Below, piece after piece: positions 26,772 to 36,141 of a stretch of DNA of 53,165 bases. The notes beneath the pieces are model-generated. The model saw only the letters and a program-made list of their open reading frames with translations. It did no database searches and was not told the DNA's origin. The stretch spans positions 1 to 53,165 of the forward strand of contig CALAYC010000332.1 of assembly GCA_937894935.1 (NCBI GenBank). The letters are read 5' to 3'. This stretch comes from an uncultured Verrucomicrobiota bacterium. Its GTDB lineage: Bacteria; Verrucomicrobiota; Verrucomicrobiia; Limisphaerales; JADLHS01. The position numbers and the translations under genes are program-made. Within the stretch, counting starts at the first letter, position 1. The number at the start of each line of letters is the position of its first letter.

Positions 26772-27986
26772 ATGGCTACGCTGAAACCATTTGCCGCCCT
26801 GCGACCTAAACCGGAGCTCGCCGCCCAGATTTGCGAACTGCCTTACGACGTCATGTCGTCCGAGGAAGCCCGCGAAATGGCCGCTGGCAATCCGCTCAGC
26901 TTTCTTCATGTCAGCAAGCCGGAAATCGATCTGCCGCCAGGCACGGACCTTTATTCGGACGCCGTTTACGCCAAGGGCAAAGAGAATTTCGACCGGCTTA
27001 TCAGCCAGGGCGCGCTTTATCAGGATGCGCAACCGTGCTTTTACCTCTACCGGCAAATCATGGGTAATCACTCGCAGATCGGTCTCGTGGCGGCGGCGAG
27101 TTGTGAAGAATACCTCAACAACATCATCAAAAAGCATGAGTTCACCCGACCGGACAAGGAAGACGATCGCGTGCGCCACATCGAAACGCTGAATTCGCAA
27201 ACCGGTCCGGTGTTCCTGACCTATCGCGCTGTCGCAGCATTGGATGAATTCATCGCCCAGCGGGTCGCTGGGAAGCCGGATGTCGATTTCACCGGCAAAG
27301 ATGGCGTGCGCCATACGTCGTGGACTGTGAGTGACACGGCGGGAATCCAATTCATCGCCGACCGGTTTGCAAAGATTCCGTTCCTCTATATCGCCGACGG
27401 CCATCATCGCAGTGCGGCAGCGGGACGCGTTTATCAATCTCGTAAAGGCGCGGGTTACAGCGGACAATTTCTCACGGTTATTTTCCCGCATAACCAGATG
27501 CAGATTCTGCCTTACAATCGCGTGCTCAAAGACCTCAATGGTCTGGGTGCGGCGCAGTTGTTGGAGAAACTTGATGCGATTTTTGTCATCAAACCGAACG
27601 GCAAGGCTCAGCCGACCCGCAAACATGAACTCGGTTTGTTCATCAACGGTCAATGGCACACGCTCAACTTCCGTCCGCAGTTCGCAGCCACGAATGATCC
27701 GATTGAAAAGCTCGATGTGACTCTGCTTCAGAAGTTCGTGCTCGATCCGATTTTCGGTATCACCGATCCCCGCACGAGCAAGCGCATCAGTTTCGTCGGC
27801 GGCATTCGCGGTACGGCGGAATTGGAGAAGCTCGTCGGCGGCGGCGAATACGCCTGTGCGTTCAGCATGTTCCCGACGAGCATTGAAGACCTGATGACCA
27901 TCGCCGACGCCGGCGGCATCATGCCGCCCAAAAGCACATGGTTCGAGCCCAAGCTCCGCGACGCGATGTTCTGTCACATGATCTGA
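26772..27986 (+). CDS. DUF1015 family protein
   Basis: MATLKPFAALRPKPELAAQICELPYDVMSSEEAR...FLYIADGHHRSAAA is typical DUF1015. The 408-aa ORF on the opposite strand is its Arg-rich antisense shadow. Confidence 0.85.
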   Translation: MATLKPFAALRPKPELAAQICELPYDVMSSEEAREMAAGNPLSFLHVSKPEIDLPPGTDLYSDAVYAKGKENFDRLISQGALYQDAQPCFYLYRQIMGNHSQIGLVAAASCEEYLNNIIKKHEFTRPDKEDDRVRHIETLNSQTGPVFLTYRAVAALDEFIAQRVAGKPDVDFTGKDGVRHTSWTVSDTAGIQFIADRFAKIPFLYIADGHHRSAAAGRVYQSRKGAGYSGQFLTVIFPHNQMQILPYNRVLKDLNGLGAAQLLEKLDAIFVIKPNGKAQPTRKHELGLFINGQWHTLNFRPQFAATNDPIEKLDVTLLQKFVLDPIFGITDPRTSKRISFVGGIRGTAELEKLVGGGEYACAFSMFPTSIEDLMTIADAGGIMPPKSTWFEPKLRDAMFCHMI

Positions 27987-28127
27987 AGCTGGATGGTTCT
28001 GGTCTTTGGGGCAACGCTGCGGAATCGAATTCGCGATACAGCGAAATTCGCGTAACTCATCTGTTCCATTGCCTGCTCGCGGTTAAATCGGGTTTGGTAT
28101 CTTTTTCGTTGCGGTTTAACATCCGGC

Positions 28128-29036
28128 GTGCCGGAAAATCGTAAATTTCTTACCCGTTTCGCCTGGCTCTCCATCGGAGCTGCGGTCGTGACGATGGGTT
28201 TGAAGACGGTCGCGTATTTCATCACCGGCTCGGTGGGCTTGCTTTCTGACGCGATCGAATCACTGGTCAATCTCCTTGGCGGTATCATGGCGCTGGCGAT
28301 GTTAACGATCGCCGCGCGTCCGGCGGACGAAGGCCATGCTTACGGCCACGGCAAAGCCGAATATTTTTCCAGCGGTCTCGAAGGCGGATTGATTCTCGTT
28401 GCTGCGGTGAGCATCGCCGCGGCTGCGATTGAGCGATTGATTTCACCGCAACCGTTGCACGAATTGGGCGTGGGATTGGCCGTATCGCTGGTGGCTTCTG
28501 TGATCAATCTGTTGGTCGCGCTGCTGATTTTACGCGCAGGCCGGAAACATAATTCCATCACGCTCGAAGCCAACGCGCATCATCTGTTGACCGATGTTTG
28601 GACGAGCGTGGGCGTCTTGGCAGGTATCGGGCTGGTGGTGCTGACGAATTGGCAATGGCTTGATCCGGTGCTGGCGTTGTTAGTGGCGGCGAACATCACG
28701 TGGACCTCTATCGGCATCATGCGTCGCACGGTGGGGGGATTGATGGATGCGGCTATTTCAAGTGACGATCAGGCGACGGTGCGAACCATCCTCCAGAAAT
28801 ACGAAGCCGAGGGAGCAAAGTTTCATGCGCTTCGCACGCGGCAATCCGGTGCAAGACGCTTCATCTCGGTTCACGTGCTCGTGCCGGGTGAATGGACGGT
28901 GCATCGCGGACATGAATTGCTGGAACGGATTGAAGGCGAGATTCGGAGTGCAATTCAGGATTCCGTTGTGTTCACGCATCTGGAATCGCTGGACGATCCG
29001 GCATCGTGGGATGATCAAACGTTGGAACGTCGTTAA
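28128..29036 (+). CDS. Cation diffusion facilitator (CDF) family transporter
   Basis: GSVGLLSDAIESLVNLLGG...ADEGHAYGHGKAEYF...HHLLTDVWTSVGV plus a C-terminal cytoplasmic domain. The start is GTG. Confidence 0.9.
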   Translation: MPENRKFLTRFAWLSIGAAVVTMGLKTVAYFITGSVGLLSDAIESLVNLLGGIMALAMLTIAARPADEGHAYGHGKAEYFSSGLEGGLILVAAVSIAAAAIERLISPQPLHELGVGLAVSLVASVINLLVALLILRAGRKHNSITLEANAHHLLTDVWTSVGVLAGIGLVVLTNWQWLDPVLALLVAANITWTSIGIMRRTVGGLMDAAISSDDQATVRTILQKYEAEGAKFHALRTRQSGARRFISVHVLVPGEWTVHRGHELLERIEGEIRSAIQDSVVFTHLESLDDPASWDDQTLERR

Positions 29037-29104
29037 CTGCGACGGACGCGGGTGGAAAATCGCTTCTGCGAGGAGTGCGTTAAACAACCGGTGATTACGA
29101 TTTT

Positions 29105-29896
29105 TCAGGCGTTAGCCAGGCCATCGAATCGCATTGGTTTTGCTTCAGCTTCCGCAGCTTCCTCCGCCGAACCTTTAGAGAAAGCGAGATAGAAGAAGGC
29201 CAACAGATTGATCACCGGTAGGATTAAAGCCAGTCCGACGAGTGCGCTTTTGCCACAGGCTTTGGCGATGCGAAACGACCACCAGATTTGCACGATGACG
29301 TTGACGAGCGGAATCAGAAACAGCAGAAAACACCAACTGGGCATTTTGGCCGCACGTAGTAAAGGAAACAGTTGCAGGAACGGAAACCAGATGAGCGCAT
29401 TGGCAGGTGAACCGGCGTTGTAGCAAATCAATTTCAGGCAGAAACAGAAAAACAGGTAGAGCAGGAGCGTTCCGCCTACTACCGCGCCGATAATCTGCGG
29501 TGAAAGTTTGACGTGTTGCAGTTCGACAAGTTTTTTTGAGAAATCGGTCAAGGTGGCGACGTTTTCCTCGCCCAGCGATTCCTTCAATTTATCCATCGTT
29601 TCGGAAACGCCTGCGCTGAGCTTTGAATCGCTTTCGTCTTCCTTCAATCCAAGCGCCCGCAGCGAGTCGTCATCCAGCGTGCTGATTTTGATATTTCCGA
29701 TGCCTTGATCGTGCTTAATGTAGAGGTCGTGCTCCGTCTGGCTGTAAACCGTCACATTGCTGTAAATCACTGTCCCGCTTTTGAGCGTCGGCAGGAAAAC
29801 GTCTGCTCGTGCGCACACGACCTCGACTGCCAGAAGCAGGCTCAAAACCAGCCAACGCTTCATCCGGCGCGGCGCAATTAACTTCAATACAGGCAT
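29105..29896 (-). CDS. Hypothetical membrane protein (signal/anchor, soluble region, C-terminal multi-TM region resembling DUF5684)
   Basis: The C-terminal IWFPFLQLFPLLRAAKMPSWCFLLFLIPLVNVIVQIWWSFRIAKACGKSALVGLALILPVINLLAFFYLAF resembles the DUF5684 pattern. The start is uncertain (29896 or the ATG at 29863). Confidence 0.45.
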   Translation of the reverse strand: MPVLKLIAPRRMKRWLVLSLLLAVEVVCARADVFLPTLKSGTVIYSNVTVYSQTEHDLYIKHDQGIGNIKISTLDDDSLRALGLKEDESDSKLSAGVSETMDKLKESLGEENVATLTDFSKKLVELQHVKLSPQIIGAVVGGTLLLYLFFCFCLKLICYNAGSPANALIWFPFLQLFPLLRAAKMPSWCFLLFLIPLVNVIVQIWWSFRIAKACGKSALVGLALILPVINLLAFFYLAFSKGSAEEAAEAEAKPMRFDGLANA

Positions 29897-30025
29897 AAAC
29901 TATTCCCGGTCCAACGGATTGCATGGAACAAGCCAGAACGGGCAATAGCTTATCTGCACGAAGCATGCCAGCTGCGGGTGTAGGCGTTTGGGCGGACGAA
30001 GTAAAATAGCTCGTCTAAAAGCGAA

Positions 30026-30058
30026 GTGGCGCAGCGACCTGTTCAGTCGCTGCGCCAC
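30026..30058 (-). terminator. Strong hairpin downstream of the oxidoreductase gene
   Basis: GTGGCGCAGCGAC-ctgttca-GTCGCTGCGCCAC is a perfect 13-bp stem. The minus-strand trailer TTCGCTTTT is only moderately T-rich. Confidence 0.5.
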
Positions 30059-30107
30059 GTGAATCAGCCGTTCGCTTGGCGGGCACTCGCGTGTTCCGCC
30101 AGCGGAA

Positions 30108-31469
30108 TCAAACCGTTGGCACTTGCGGCGGCTCGGCAAAGATGTCGTGGCCGCCCGGCATCGGCGGCTTGAGTGTGCGGAACGCGCCCCATTGCATCTT
30201 GCTCGCGTCGGTGTAGAGCAGATCCGGACCATAGCGGAACGTGGACTTTTTGATGTCGTCCCATTCCACCACGCCACCGCTGTAGGCTGCTTCGCGACCC
30301 ATGATCGCCGTGAGCGTGCTGTTGGTAACCTGTTCGGTCTCGTTCAATTCCGTGTCGGAAACGATTGCCTGGAGCAGATCCGCGTGTTCCTGCATGTACT
30401 CCGGTGTGCGTTTGCCGCTGTAACGCCAGCCGCGACCTTCCTTCGGATAAATACGTCCGGACGGATCCGCAGAACCTTTGGTGCCGACCACGGCTTCGGC
30501 GACGCGGGAGAATTCGCGTTTGATCTGACCGCAATAGCTGTGCATGCGGACGCCGTTTTCGTATTCAAATTCGACCGCAAAGTTATCCCAGATTTCACCG
30601 GGCTTGTTGCCGAGTTGTTGGCGACCGCCCATGCCCCAGGCACGAATCGGATGGGCATTTTGCATTACCCAGTTGCCGACGTCGATGTTATGCACATGCT
30701 GCTCGGCAATGTGATCGCCGCACAGCCAGATGTAGTGATACCAGTTGTTGAGCTGAATATCCAAATCGGTCTTGCCGATGGCCTGACCGTAACGTGCTTT
30801 GTCGCCGTCATGCCAGATCGGATTGCCGTTGACCCAATAAACGCGCATGGCGGTGATTTCACCAATTTCGCCGTCCTGAATGCGCTTGACCGTGTCGATG
30901 TAAGCGAAGTGATGGCGGCGTTGGGTGCCGGCGACAACTTTGAGGCCTTTCTTTTTCGCCTCTTCACCGGCGGCGTACATGATTTGGCAGCCCGGACCGT
31001 CGACCGCGACGGGTTTTTCCGTGAAGATGTGTTTGCCAGCGGCAACAGCAGCCGAAAAATGCGCCGGACGGAAACCAGGAGGCCCGGCGAGAATCACATA
31101 ATTGACGCCCGGCGTATTGATGGCTTTCAGGTAGGCGTCAAAACCGCTGAAGCAATTGGCGGCGGGAACTTCCACTCCGAGGCGGCTCAGATTCTGGCGG
31201 CACTTGGTGATTTGCTCGGAATACAGGTCCGCCAGCGCGATGATGTTGGCTTCCACGCCGACGACTTTCGCAGCGTCGAGAAAATCCCGGGCCGCACCGC
31301 TACCGCGACCACCAACCCCGATGACTGCGGCGTTGATTTTCACTTTGGGTTGCGCGTGCAGGATGTTGGGAAAACTCGCCACCGCCGCCGCGGAAGCAGC
31401 AAGCAGGCTCGAATTTCGGATGAATTGCCGGCGCGTAACCGGCGCGATGAGTTCTGGTTTCGTGTTCAT
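30108..31469 (-). CDS. Gfo/Idh/MocA-family oxidoreductase with a twin-arginine signal
   Basis: TRRQFIRNSSLLAASAAAVA (Tat-like) is followed by INAAVIGVGGRGSGAARDF (Rossmann fold). The 453-aa + ORF 30123..31484 is an antisense shadow. Confidence 0.85.
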   Translation of the reverse strand: MNTKPELIAPVTRRQFIRNSSLLAASAAAVASFPNILHAQPKVKINAAVIGVGGRGSGAARDFLDAAKVVGVEANIIALADLYSEQITKCRQNLSRLGVEVPAANCFSGFDAYLKAINTPGVNYVILAGPPGFRPAHFSAAVAAGKHIFTEKPVAVDGPGCQIMYAAGEEAKKKGLKVVAGTQRRHHFAYIDTVKRIQDGEIGEITAMRVYWVNGNPIWHDGDKARYGQAIGKTDLDIQLNNWYHYIWLCGDHIAEQHVHNIDVGNWVMQNAHPIRAWGMGGRQQLGNKPGEIWDNFAVEFEYENGVRMHSYCGQIKREFSRVAEAVVGTKGSADPSGRIYPKEGRGWRYSGKRTPEYMQEHADLLQAIVSDTELNETEQVTNSTLTAIMGREAAYSGGVVEWDDIKKSTFRYGPDLLYTDASKMQWGAFRTLKPPMPGGHDIFAEPPQVPTV

Positions 31470-31527
31470 GGTGATTTGATTTGAGCTTGGCGGGTTTGCG
31501 CCGGAGCCGCAACTCCCGGTTTTATTT

Positions 31528-33660
31528 CTATTCTTTCTCGACGCCGCTAATCCAATACTTGGTCATTTCTTCGGGCGACGGAACCGTCAAAGGCCGCACC
31601 ACGCGAAAACCGACGAACGGCGCGTCGGTCAGATACCATTTGCCTTTCGGCAACTGCGGGTCGGTCATCTTCCATTGACGATCGGAGCCGCGCCGCGCCG
31701 CGCTGCGCAACGCCACTGGATCATCGTCATAATGCCCACCGCGCACTGAATGCGGATACGGCTGCGTTGCTTTGTTCCACGGATTGCTCGCGCCGCCGGC
31801 TGCTTTGAGCGTTTGATAAAAGTCCGGAGCATATTGGTCCAATACCCATTCCGCGACGTTGCCGTGCATGTCGTAAAGTCCCCACGCATTCGGTTTCTTT
31901 TTGCCGACCTTTTGGTACTTGGAATTGGCGTTGTCAAAGAACCACGCGTAATCCTCGAGTTGGGCGGGATCATCGCCAAACGAATACGCGGTCGTCGTTC
32001 CAGCGCGGCAGGCGTATTCCCATTCCGCTTCCGTCGGCAAGCGATAGAAATGTCCGGTCTTGGCCGAGAGCCAGTGGCAGAACTTGTTCGCCGCATGTTG
32101 CGTCATCGCAATTGCCGGGAAACCGCTCTTACCCATGCCGAAGCTCATATCCACATAAGGCTTCGAAGGCCGCGTCACGGCATCAGACAATTCATCCACC
32201 TCTTTGGCTGTCGGATTGGATTCGCGCAATTTCTTCTCGTCGTCCGGATAGATGAATACCAGAAATTGATCCCACGTGACTTCATACGTGCCCATCCAGA
32301 ACGGATCGATTTTCACCTTCACCTGCGGGCCTTCGTCCGCCTGACGACCTTCTTCGGAATCCGGGCTGCCCATTACAAATTCACCACCGGGAATCGGCGT
32401 CATCGAATACGTCACCTTCGTGCCCGGAATGGTATTCGTGTAAGGCTTCATTTCCGCGGCAGAAGCCACGTTATGATTGGCAAGAATGCGCTTATGGATT
32501 TCCGGCACGGTACTGTCGTCGCGATCATCCAACGAGGCGAGTGAACCATACGCGCCTGGTGCCAACTTTCCGTCCTTCAACACATACACCTGATAGTGGG
32601 TCGAAGAGCGACCATCCATTAACGACGAAAGCAGCACGACCGCATCTGACAAAGCGATGCCGGCGTTCAACAGTTTGTTGGTCGAGCCGGGAAGTTCCTG
32701 CACCAACGTCGGCGGTTTTGTGCCGTCAAAATCCAGCAACTGCGCCGGCTCATTTGTGCCGAAGATGGCGAGCAGGCGTGCTTTTCCACCGATTTCGGCA
32801 ACGGACAATTCCCGCGCTTCTTTCGGCAACGTCATCGCCACGGGCGCTGTCGCGGTAAATTTTCCACCGGCTTCGGTCACGGCACTGACTGTGAACGTTG
32901 CTTCGTCTTTCTTGAAGAAAATCAATTCGCGTGCGGTCGGTGTGCCGAAGTTGGCCACCGAAACTCGCGCGTCGTCCGGTAGGCCGGAAAGGCTCAGGAC
33001 GGTTTCCGGTTTGCCGCTCGCGAGGTTGTGCACTGCCAAAGCGGTGCCGTTATCGCCGGTATAAAGCGTTGCAACCAAATCCGCACCGCCGTCTTTCAAT
33101 TGCACGCGGGTGCTCTGAACCGCCGCGCCAGGAGCGTCAACTGTTTCAATCGCGGTGAATTCGCCTGCATCTGCGCGATACAGTGCGAACTTGTTCGGAT
33201 CATCATACGCACTGCCGATTAAGAAATCCTGCAAGGGCGTGTTTCCTGCGCCGCCAATGTCCGCGGCCGCAATGGAATTCGGTCCGAGGACTTCCGTGAG
33301 AATTTCGACCGGCTCAGTCATCACGCTGGGATTCGGCGCATCCAGAACGCTGGCCGTGCTGGTGTCGGCCGAAACCAATGCAAGCGAGTCGCGTTTGGGA
33401 TCAACCAGTTTTCCGACGCTGACGCCGGTCACGCCTTTCGTTCCACTGGGTCGCCAATCCGCCCAATTGAAAAATTCTGCCGACACACGATAACCGAACC
33501 GCACCTTTCCGGTGCTTCGATCAATGATTGCCAGGTCTTCCTGGCCATCGCCGTTAAAGTCGCCACTCACAAGAAACTCGAGTCGCGTTTCTACCACTGA
33601 TCCGGCAAACGCGTTGGTGAGAGCCATGGCCGCAATGGCCGCGAAGCTGATAATTTTCAT
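31528..33660 (-). CDS. Secreted FG-GAP/VCBS-like repeat protein with a C-terminal formylglycine-generating-enzyme (SUMF1) family domain
   Basis: N-terminal [19 protein letters not shown] and [12 protein letters not shown] repeats are present. The C-terminus has GGEFVMGSP...YEVTWDQF...[18 protein letters not shown]...[17 protein letters not shown] prefer the ATG at 33660 ([19 protein letters not shown]). Confidence 0.8.
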   Translation of the reverse strand: MKIISFAAIAAMALTNAFAGSVVETRLEFLVSGDFNGDGQEDLAIIDRSTGKVRFGYRVSAEFFNWADWRPSGTKGVTGVSVGKLVDPKRDSLALVSADTSTASVLDAPNPSVMTEPVEILTEVLGPNSIAAADIGGAGNTPLQDFLIGSAYDDPNKFALYRADAGEFTAIETVDAPGAAVQSTRVQLKDGGADLVATLYTGDNGTALAVHNLASGKPETVLSLSGLPDDARVSVANFGTPTARELIFFKKDEATFTVSAVTEAGGKFTATAPVAMTLPKEARELSVAEIGGKARLLAIFGTNEPAQLLDFDGTKPPTLVQELPGSTNKLLNAGIALSDAVVLLSSLMDGRSSTHYQVYVLKDGKLAPGAYGSLASLDDRDDSTVPEIHKRILANHNVASAAEMKPYTNTIPGTKVTYSMTPIPGGEFVMGSPDSEEGRQADEGPQVKVKIDPFWMGTYEVTWDQFLVFIYPDDEKKLRESNPTAKEVDELSDAVTRPSKPYVDMSFGMGKSGFPAIAMTQHAANKFCHWLSAKTGHFYRLPTEAEWEYACRAGTTTAYSFGDDPAQLEDYAWFFDNANSKYQKVGKKKPNAWGLYDMHGNVAEWVLDQYAPDFYQTLKAAGGASNPWNKATQPYPHSVRGGHYDDDPVALRSAARRGSDRQWKMTDPQLPKGKWYLTDAPFVGFRVVRPLTVPSPEEMTKYWISGVEKE

Positions 33661-33981
33661 TCCTGACGTTCCCCCACAATTTTTGGTCATGTTCATTTTG
33701 CTGACGGCGGAAAACCGCCCGATGTTCAATTCCGTTTATGACTTGCGGCAGGATAGTAGAGGAATGAACAACGCCACGCACACCCAAAATTTGCTAAGGC
33801 TTGAGAATTCTTGTCCGACTCGTTATCACAATCAGGCGAGCGAAAACCACGCGCGTGTGATCGAACTCAATCGTGAGCCGGTACTTCAAGCCGGTTCAAT
33901 GCTACTGGCAAGGATTGCGTTACCTGATACCGCCCGCACCGTTCATTCTGTCGCCGTGTCACTAATTTTTACGACAACGCA

Positions 33982-34758
33982 ATGACCCATTACGAAGCCC
34001 GCTTCGGCGGCATCCTCCGACTTTACGGCAGCGACGGTCAGGAACGTCTGCGGCGTGCGCATGTTTGCGTCATCGGCATCGGCGGCGTGGGCTCGTGGGC
34101 GGTGGAAGCGCTGGCCCGTTCCGGCGTCGGACAGCTTACGCTAGTAGATTTAGACGACGTCTGTATCAGTAACACCAATCGCCAACTGCACGCCGTCACC
34201 GGGACGTTTGGTCAACCCAAAGTAGAAGCCATGGCCGCTCGCGTGCAGCTCATCAATCCTGATTGCACCATTCACGCGGAACAATCGCTTTTCACCGCAA
34301 AGACCGCTGAACAATTGTTGTCGCCGTCTTATGACGCAGTGCTTGATGCGATTGACCAAACCCCGATGAAAGCGTTGCTCATTGCGCTCTGTCGGCAGAA
34401 GAACATTCCGATTGTCACCACCGGCGGCGCCGGCGGACGACGCGATCCAACTGCGTTGCGGGTCGCGGATTTGGCGCATACCACGCACGACGGCTTATTG
34501 CAAAACGTTCGTAAGTTGCTTCGCACCGAACACAATTTCCCACGCGATCCCAAACAACCGTTTGGCGTGGACTGCGTGTATTCACCCGAACCGCAAGTGT
34601 TCCCCGCAAAAGACGGTACGATCTGCGCCACGCCGGAACCCGGCGAACGGTTGCGATTGGATTGTCGTACCGGCTACGGCACGGCGTGTTTCGTGACCGG
34701 TGCATTTGGTTTCGCCGCTGCCGCGCAAGTGGTGAAGCGAATTACGGAAACGCATTGA
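33982..34758 (+). CDS. tcdA: tRNA threonylcarbamoyladenosine dehydratase (ThiF-family, TcdA/CsdL)
   Basis: RFGGILRLYGSDGQERLRRAHVCVIGIGGVGSWAVEALARSGVGQLTLVDLDDVCISNTNRQ. Confidence 0.85.
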   Translation: MTHYEARFGGILRLYGSDGQERLRRAHVCVIGIGGVGSWAVEALARSGVGQLTLVDLDDVCISNTNRQLHAVTGTFGQPKVEAMAARVQLINPDCTIHAEQSLFTAKTAEQLLSPSYDAVLDAIDQTPMKALLIALCRQKNIPIVTTGGAGGRRDPTALRVADLAHTTHDGLLQNVRKLLRTEHNFPRDPKQPFGVDCVYSPEPQVFPAKDGTICATPEPGERLRLDCRTGYGTACFVTGAFGFAAAAQVVKRITETH

Positions 34759-35041
34759 GGTTAGCTCTCGCGGTAAGCTGCGACGCCTTTCGCCGAGAGT
34801 CCTTACTCACACCACACATGAACTTCGACCACTCCTGAACCGCTGCCGTCAACCGAGAACAGTTTGCGAGTTCAGGTAGGGCAAGCTTGAGCCATTTCAT
34901 CAATCCCCAAACAGCAGGACAAGAGCGGGAGACTTGGACAGATTTTGTCCGTGTCCTTAAATAAGCTGTTCATCGGAGCGCGAAAAGTGAGCGAAACCAA
35001 AATGAAACCATTCTCGAACGTACTAGCGGCTCAAATCTAAT

Positions 35042-35078
35042 TGTAACAGGGAAAAGAATCCCTGTTACAGGGTTGACA
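35042..35078 (+). promoter_or_regulatory. Perfect 11-bp inverted repeat abutting a -35-like TTGACA upstream of the methyltransferase
   Basis: TGTAACAGGGA-aaagaa-TCCCTGTTACA spans 35042-35069, followed by GGG and TTGACA (35073-35078). AATAAC follows after 17 nt, only a few nt before the ATG at 35104. Confidence 0.45.
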
Positions 35079-35103
35079 ATTAGGCGCGATTGCCCAATAA
35101 CGA

Positions 35104-36141
35104 ATGCACATGGCGCGCTCCTCCACATCATATCCTCGCAGATGGAACTCAGGCCGAACGACGGTAATTCGTGTTCCCGAACGCGTGGCAGACGATCTCC
35201 TGCGTATTGCTCGACGATTAGACGAATCCCGCAGTTATGCTCTCCGCGAAGAAAACAATGGCTTGGTTCTCGAAGTCTTGCCTGCAGAGAAGATTTCTTA
35301 CAAAGCCACAAAACCAGTGAACGTCTCCAGTGTACCACAGCGGAGTCCGTTCCGTTATCCCGGCGGTAAGACTTGGCTAGTCCCCTACATTCGAGACTGG
35401 CTGCTAAGCAAAAAGACCAAGCCGTCCCGACTAATTGAACCATTCGCGGGTGGAGGGATCGTGAGTCTGACAGCAGCATTTGAAGGCTTAGCACGACATG
35501 TAATTTTTGCAGAGTTGGACGACGCTGTTGCCTCTGTTTGGCGCGTAGTGCTGAACGGTCAGGCAGAATGGTTGGCAAAGCAGATTTTAAATTTTGATCT
35601 GAACCTCGAAAATGTTTCGAGCATTTTGAAACGAGAATCAAAGGAGCTTCGCGAAAAGGCATTTCAGACAATATTGCGAAATCGTGTCCAACGAGGCGGT
35701 ATTATGGCAGCTGGTGCGGGTTTGATCAAAACTGGTGAAGGCGACCGAGGCTTGGCTTCTCGTTGGTATCCGGAAACCCTTGCACGACGAATTCGGGAGA
35801 TTAACCAGTTGAAGGATCGCATGACCTTTGTTGAGTGCGATGGTTTTGCTTTGATCGACGAACACAAGGCGGATTCAGATGCGGTTTTCTATATCGATCC
35901 ACCATACACTATGGCGGCTCGTCGGCTTTACAAGGTTTGGCAAATTGATCATTCACGATTGTTTACTGCGATGGCGAGGTGTAGTGGAGATTTCCTCATG
36001 AGCTACGACAACACGGCCGAAATCGTTGCGCTTGCAGAGAAACATGGGTTCGAGAGCAAGCCCATCGCAATGAAAAGCACGCATCATGCAAAGATGACCG
36101 AGCTCTTGATTGGAAAGGATTTGTCTTGGCTAGAAAGTTGA
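35104..36141 (+). CDS. Dam-like (D12 class, alpha-type) N6-adenine DNA methyltransferase with an extra N-terminal segment of about 85 aa
   Basis: FRYPGGKTWLVPYI, IEPFAGGGIVS (motif I) and FYIDPPY (motif IV) occur in the alpha order. The N-terminus RTTVIRVPERVADDLLRIARRLDE looks like the strand-helix of an RHH fold. An alternative ATG lies at 35110. Confidence 0.85.
   Translation: MHMARSSTSYPRRWNSGRTTVIRVPERVADDLLRIARRLDESRSYALREENNGLVLEVLPAEKISYKATKPVNVSSVPQRSPFRYPGGKTWLVPYIRDWLLSKKTKPSRLIEPFAGGGIVSLTAAFEGLARHVIFAELDDAVASVWRVVLNGQAEWLAKQILNFDLNLENVSSILKRESKELREKAFQTILRNRVQRGGIMAAGAGLIKTGEGDRGLASRWYPETLARRIREINQLKDRMTFVECDGFALIDEHKADSDAVFYIDPPYTMAARRLYKVWQIDHSRLFTAMARCSGDFLMSYDNTAEIVALAEKHGFESKPIAMKSTHHAKMTELLIGKDLSWLES

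Noticed and set aside
27940-27950. GGTTCGAGCCC, a tRNA T-arm-like string
   Set aside because: It lies inside the well-supported DUF1015 coding sequence. No acceptor or anticodon arms can be drawn around it.
26751-27977. 408-aa minus-strand ORF, and similar long antisense ORFs at 30123..31484 (+), 41292..42449 (-), 10747..11766 (-), 37202..37942 (-), 47558..48307 (-), 51569..52345 (-), 14128..14874 (+) and 1318..1995 (+)
   Set aside because: Each lies opposite a gene with unmistakable family motifs: DUF1015, Gfo/Idh/MocA, Fe-S hydro-lyase, AsmA-like, LOG, radical SAM, GH2, recA and efp. Their translations are Arg-rich and low in complexity, which is expected for antisense frames in high-GC DNA.
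31528-31700. Possible diversity-generating retroelement variable region at the C-terminus of the FGE/C-type-lectin-fold protein
   Set aside because: FGE-domain C-termini are classic DGR targets. However, the window contains no reverse transcriptase gene, no accessory gene and no nearby template-repeat copy of the 3' end that I could find.
34742-34900. 52-aa minus-strand ORF (MKWLKLALPELANCSRLTAAVQEWSKF...) at the left edge of the R-M islet
   Set aside because: It is short, has no recognisable motif and no obvious RBS, and its 3' end overlaps the end of tcdA. It could be a relic of whatever delivered the islet, but I cannot support it as a gene.
34970-35671. 233-aa minus-strand ORF overlapping the methyltransferase 5' half
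   Set aside because: It lies opposite the D12-class methyltransferase motifs (YPGGK, FAGGG) and has no motif of its own.
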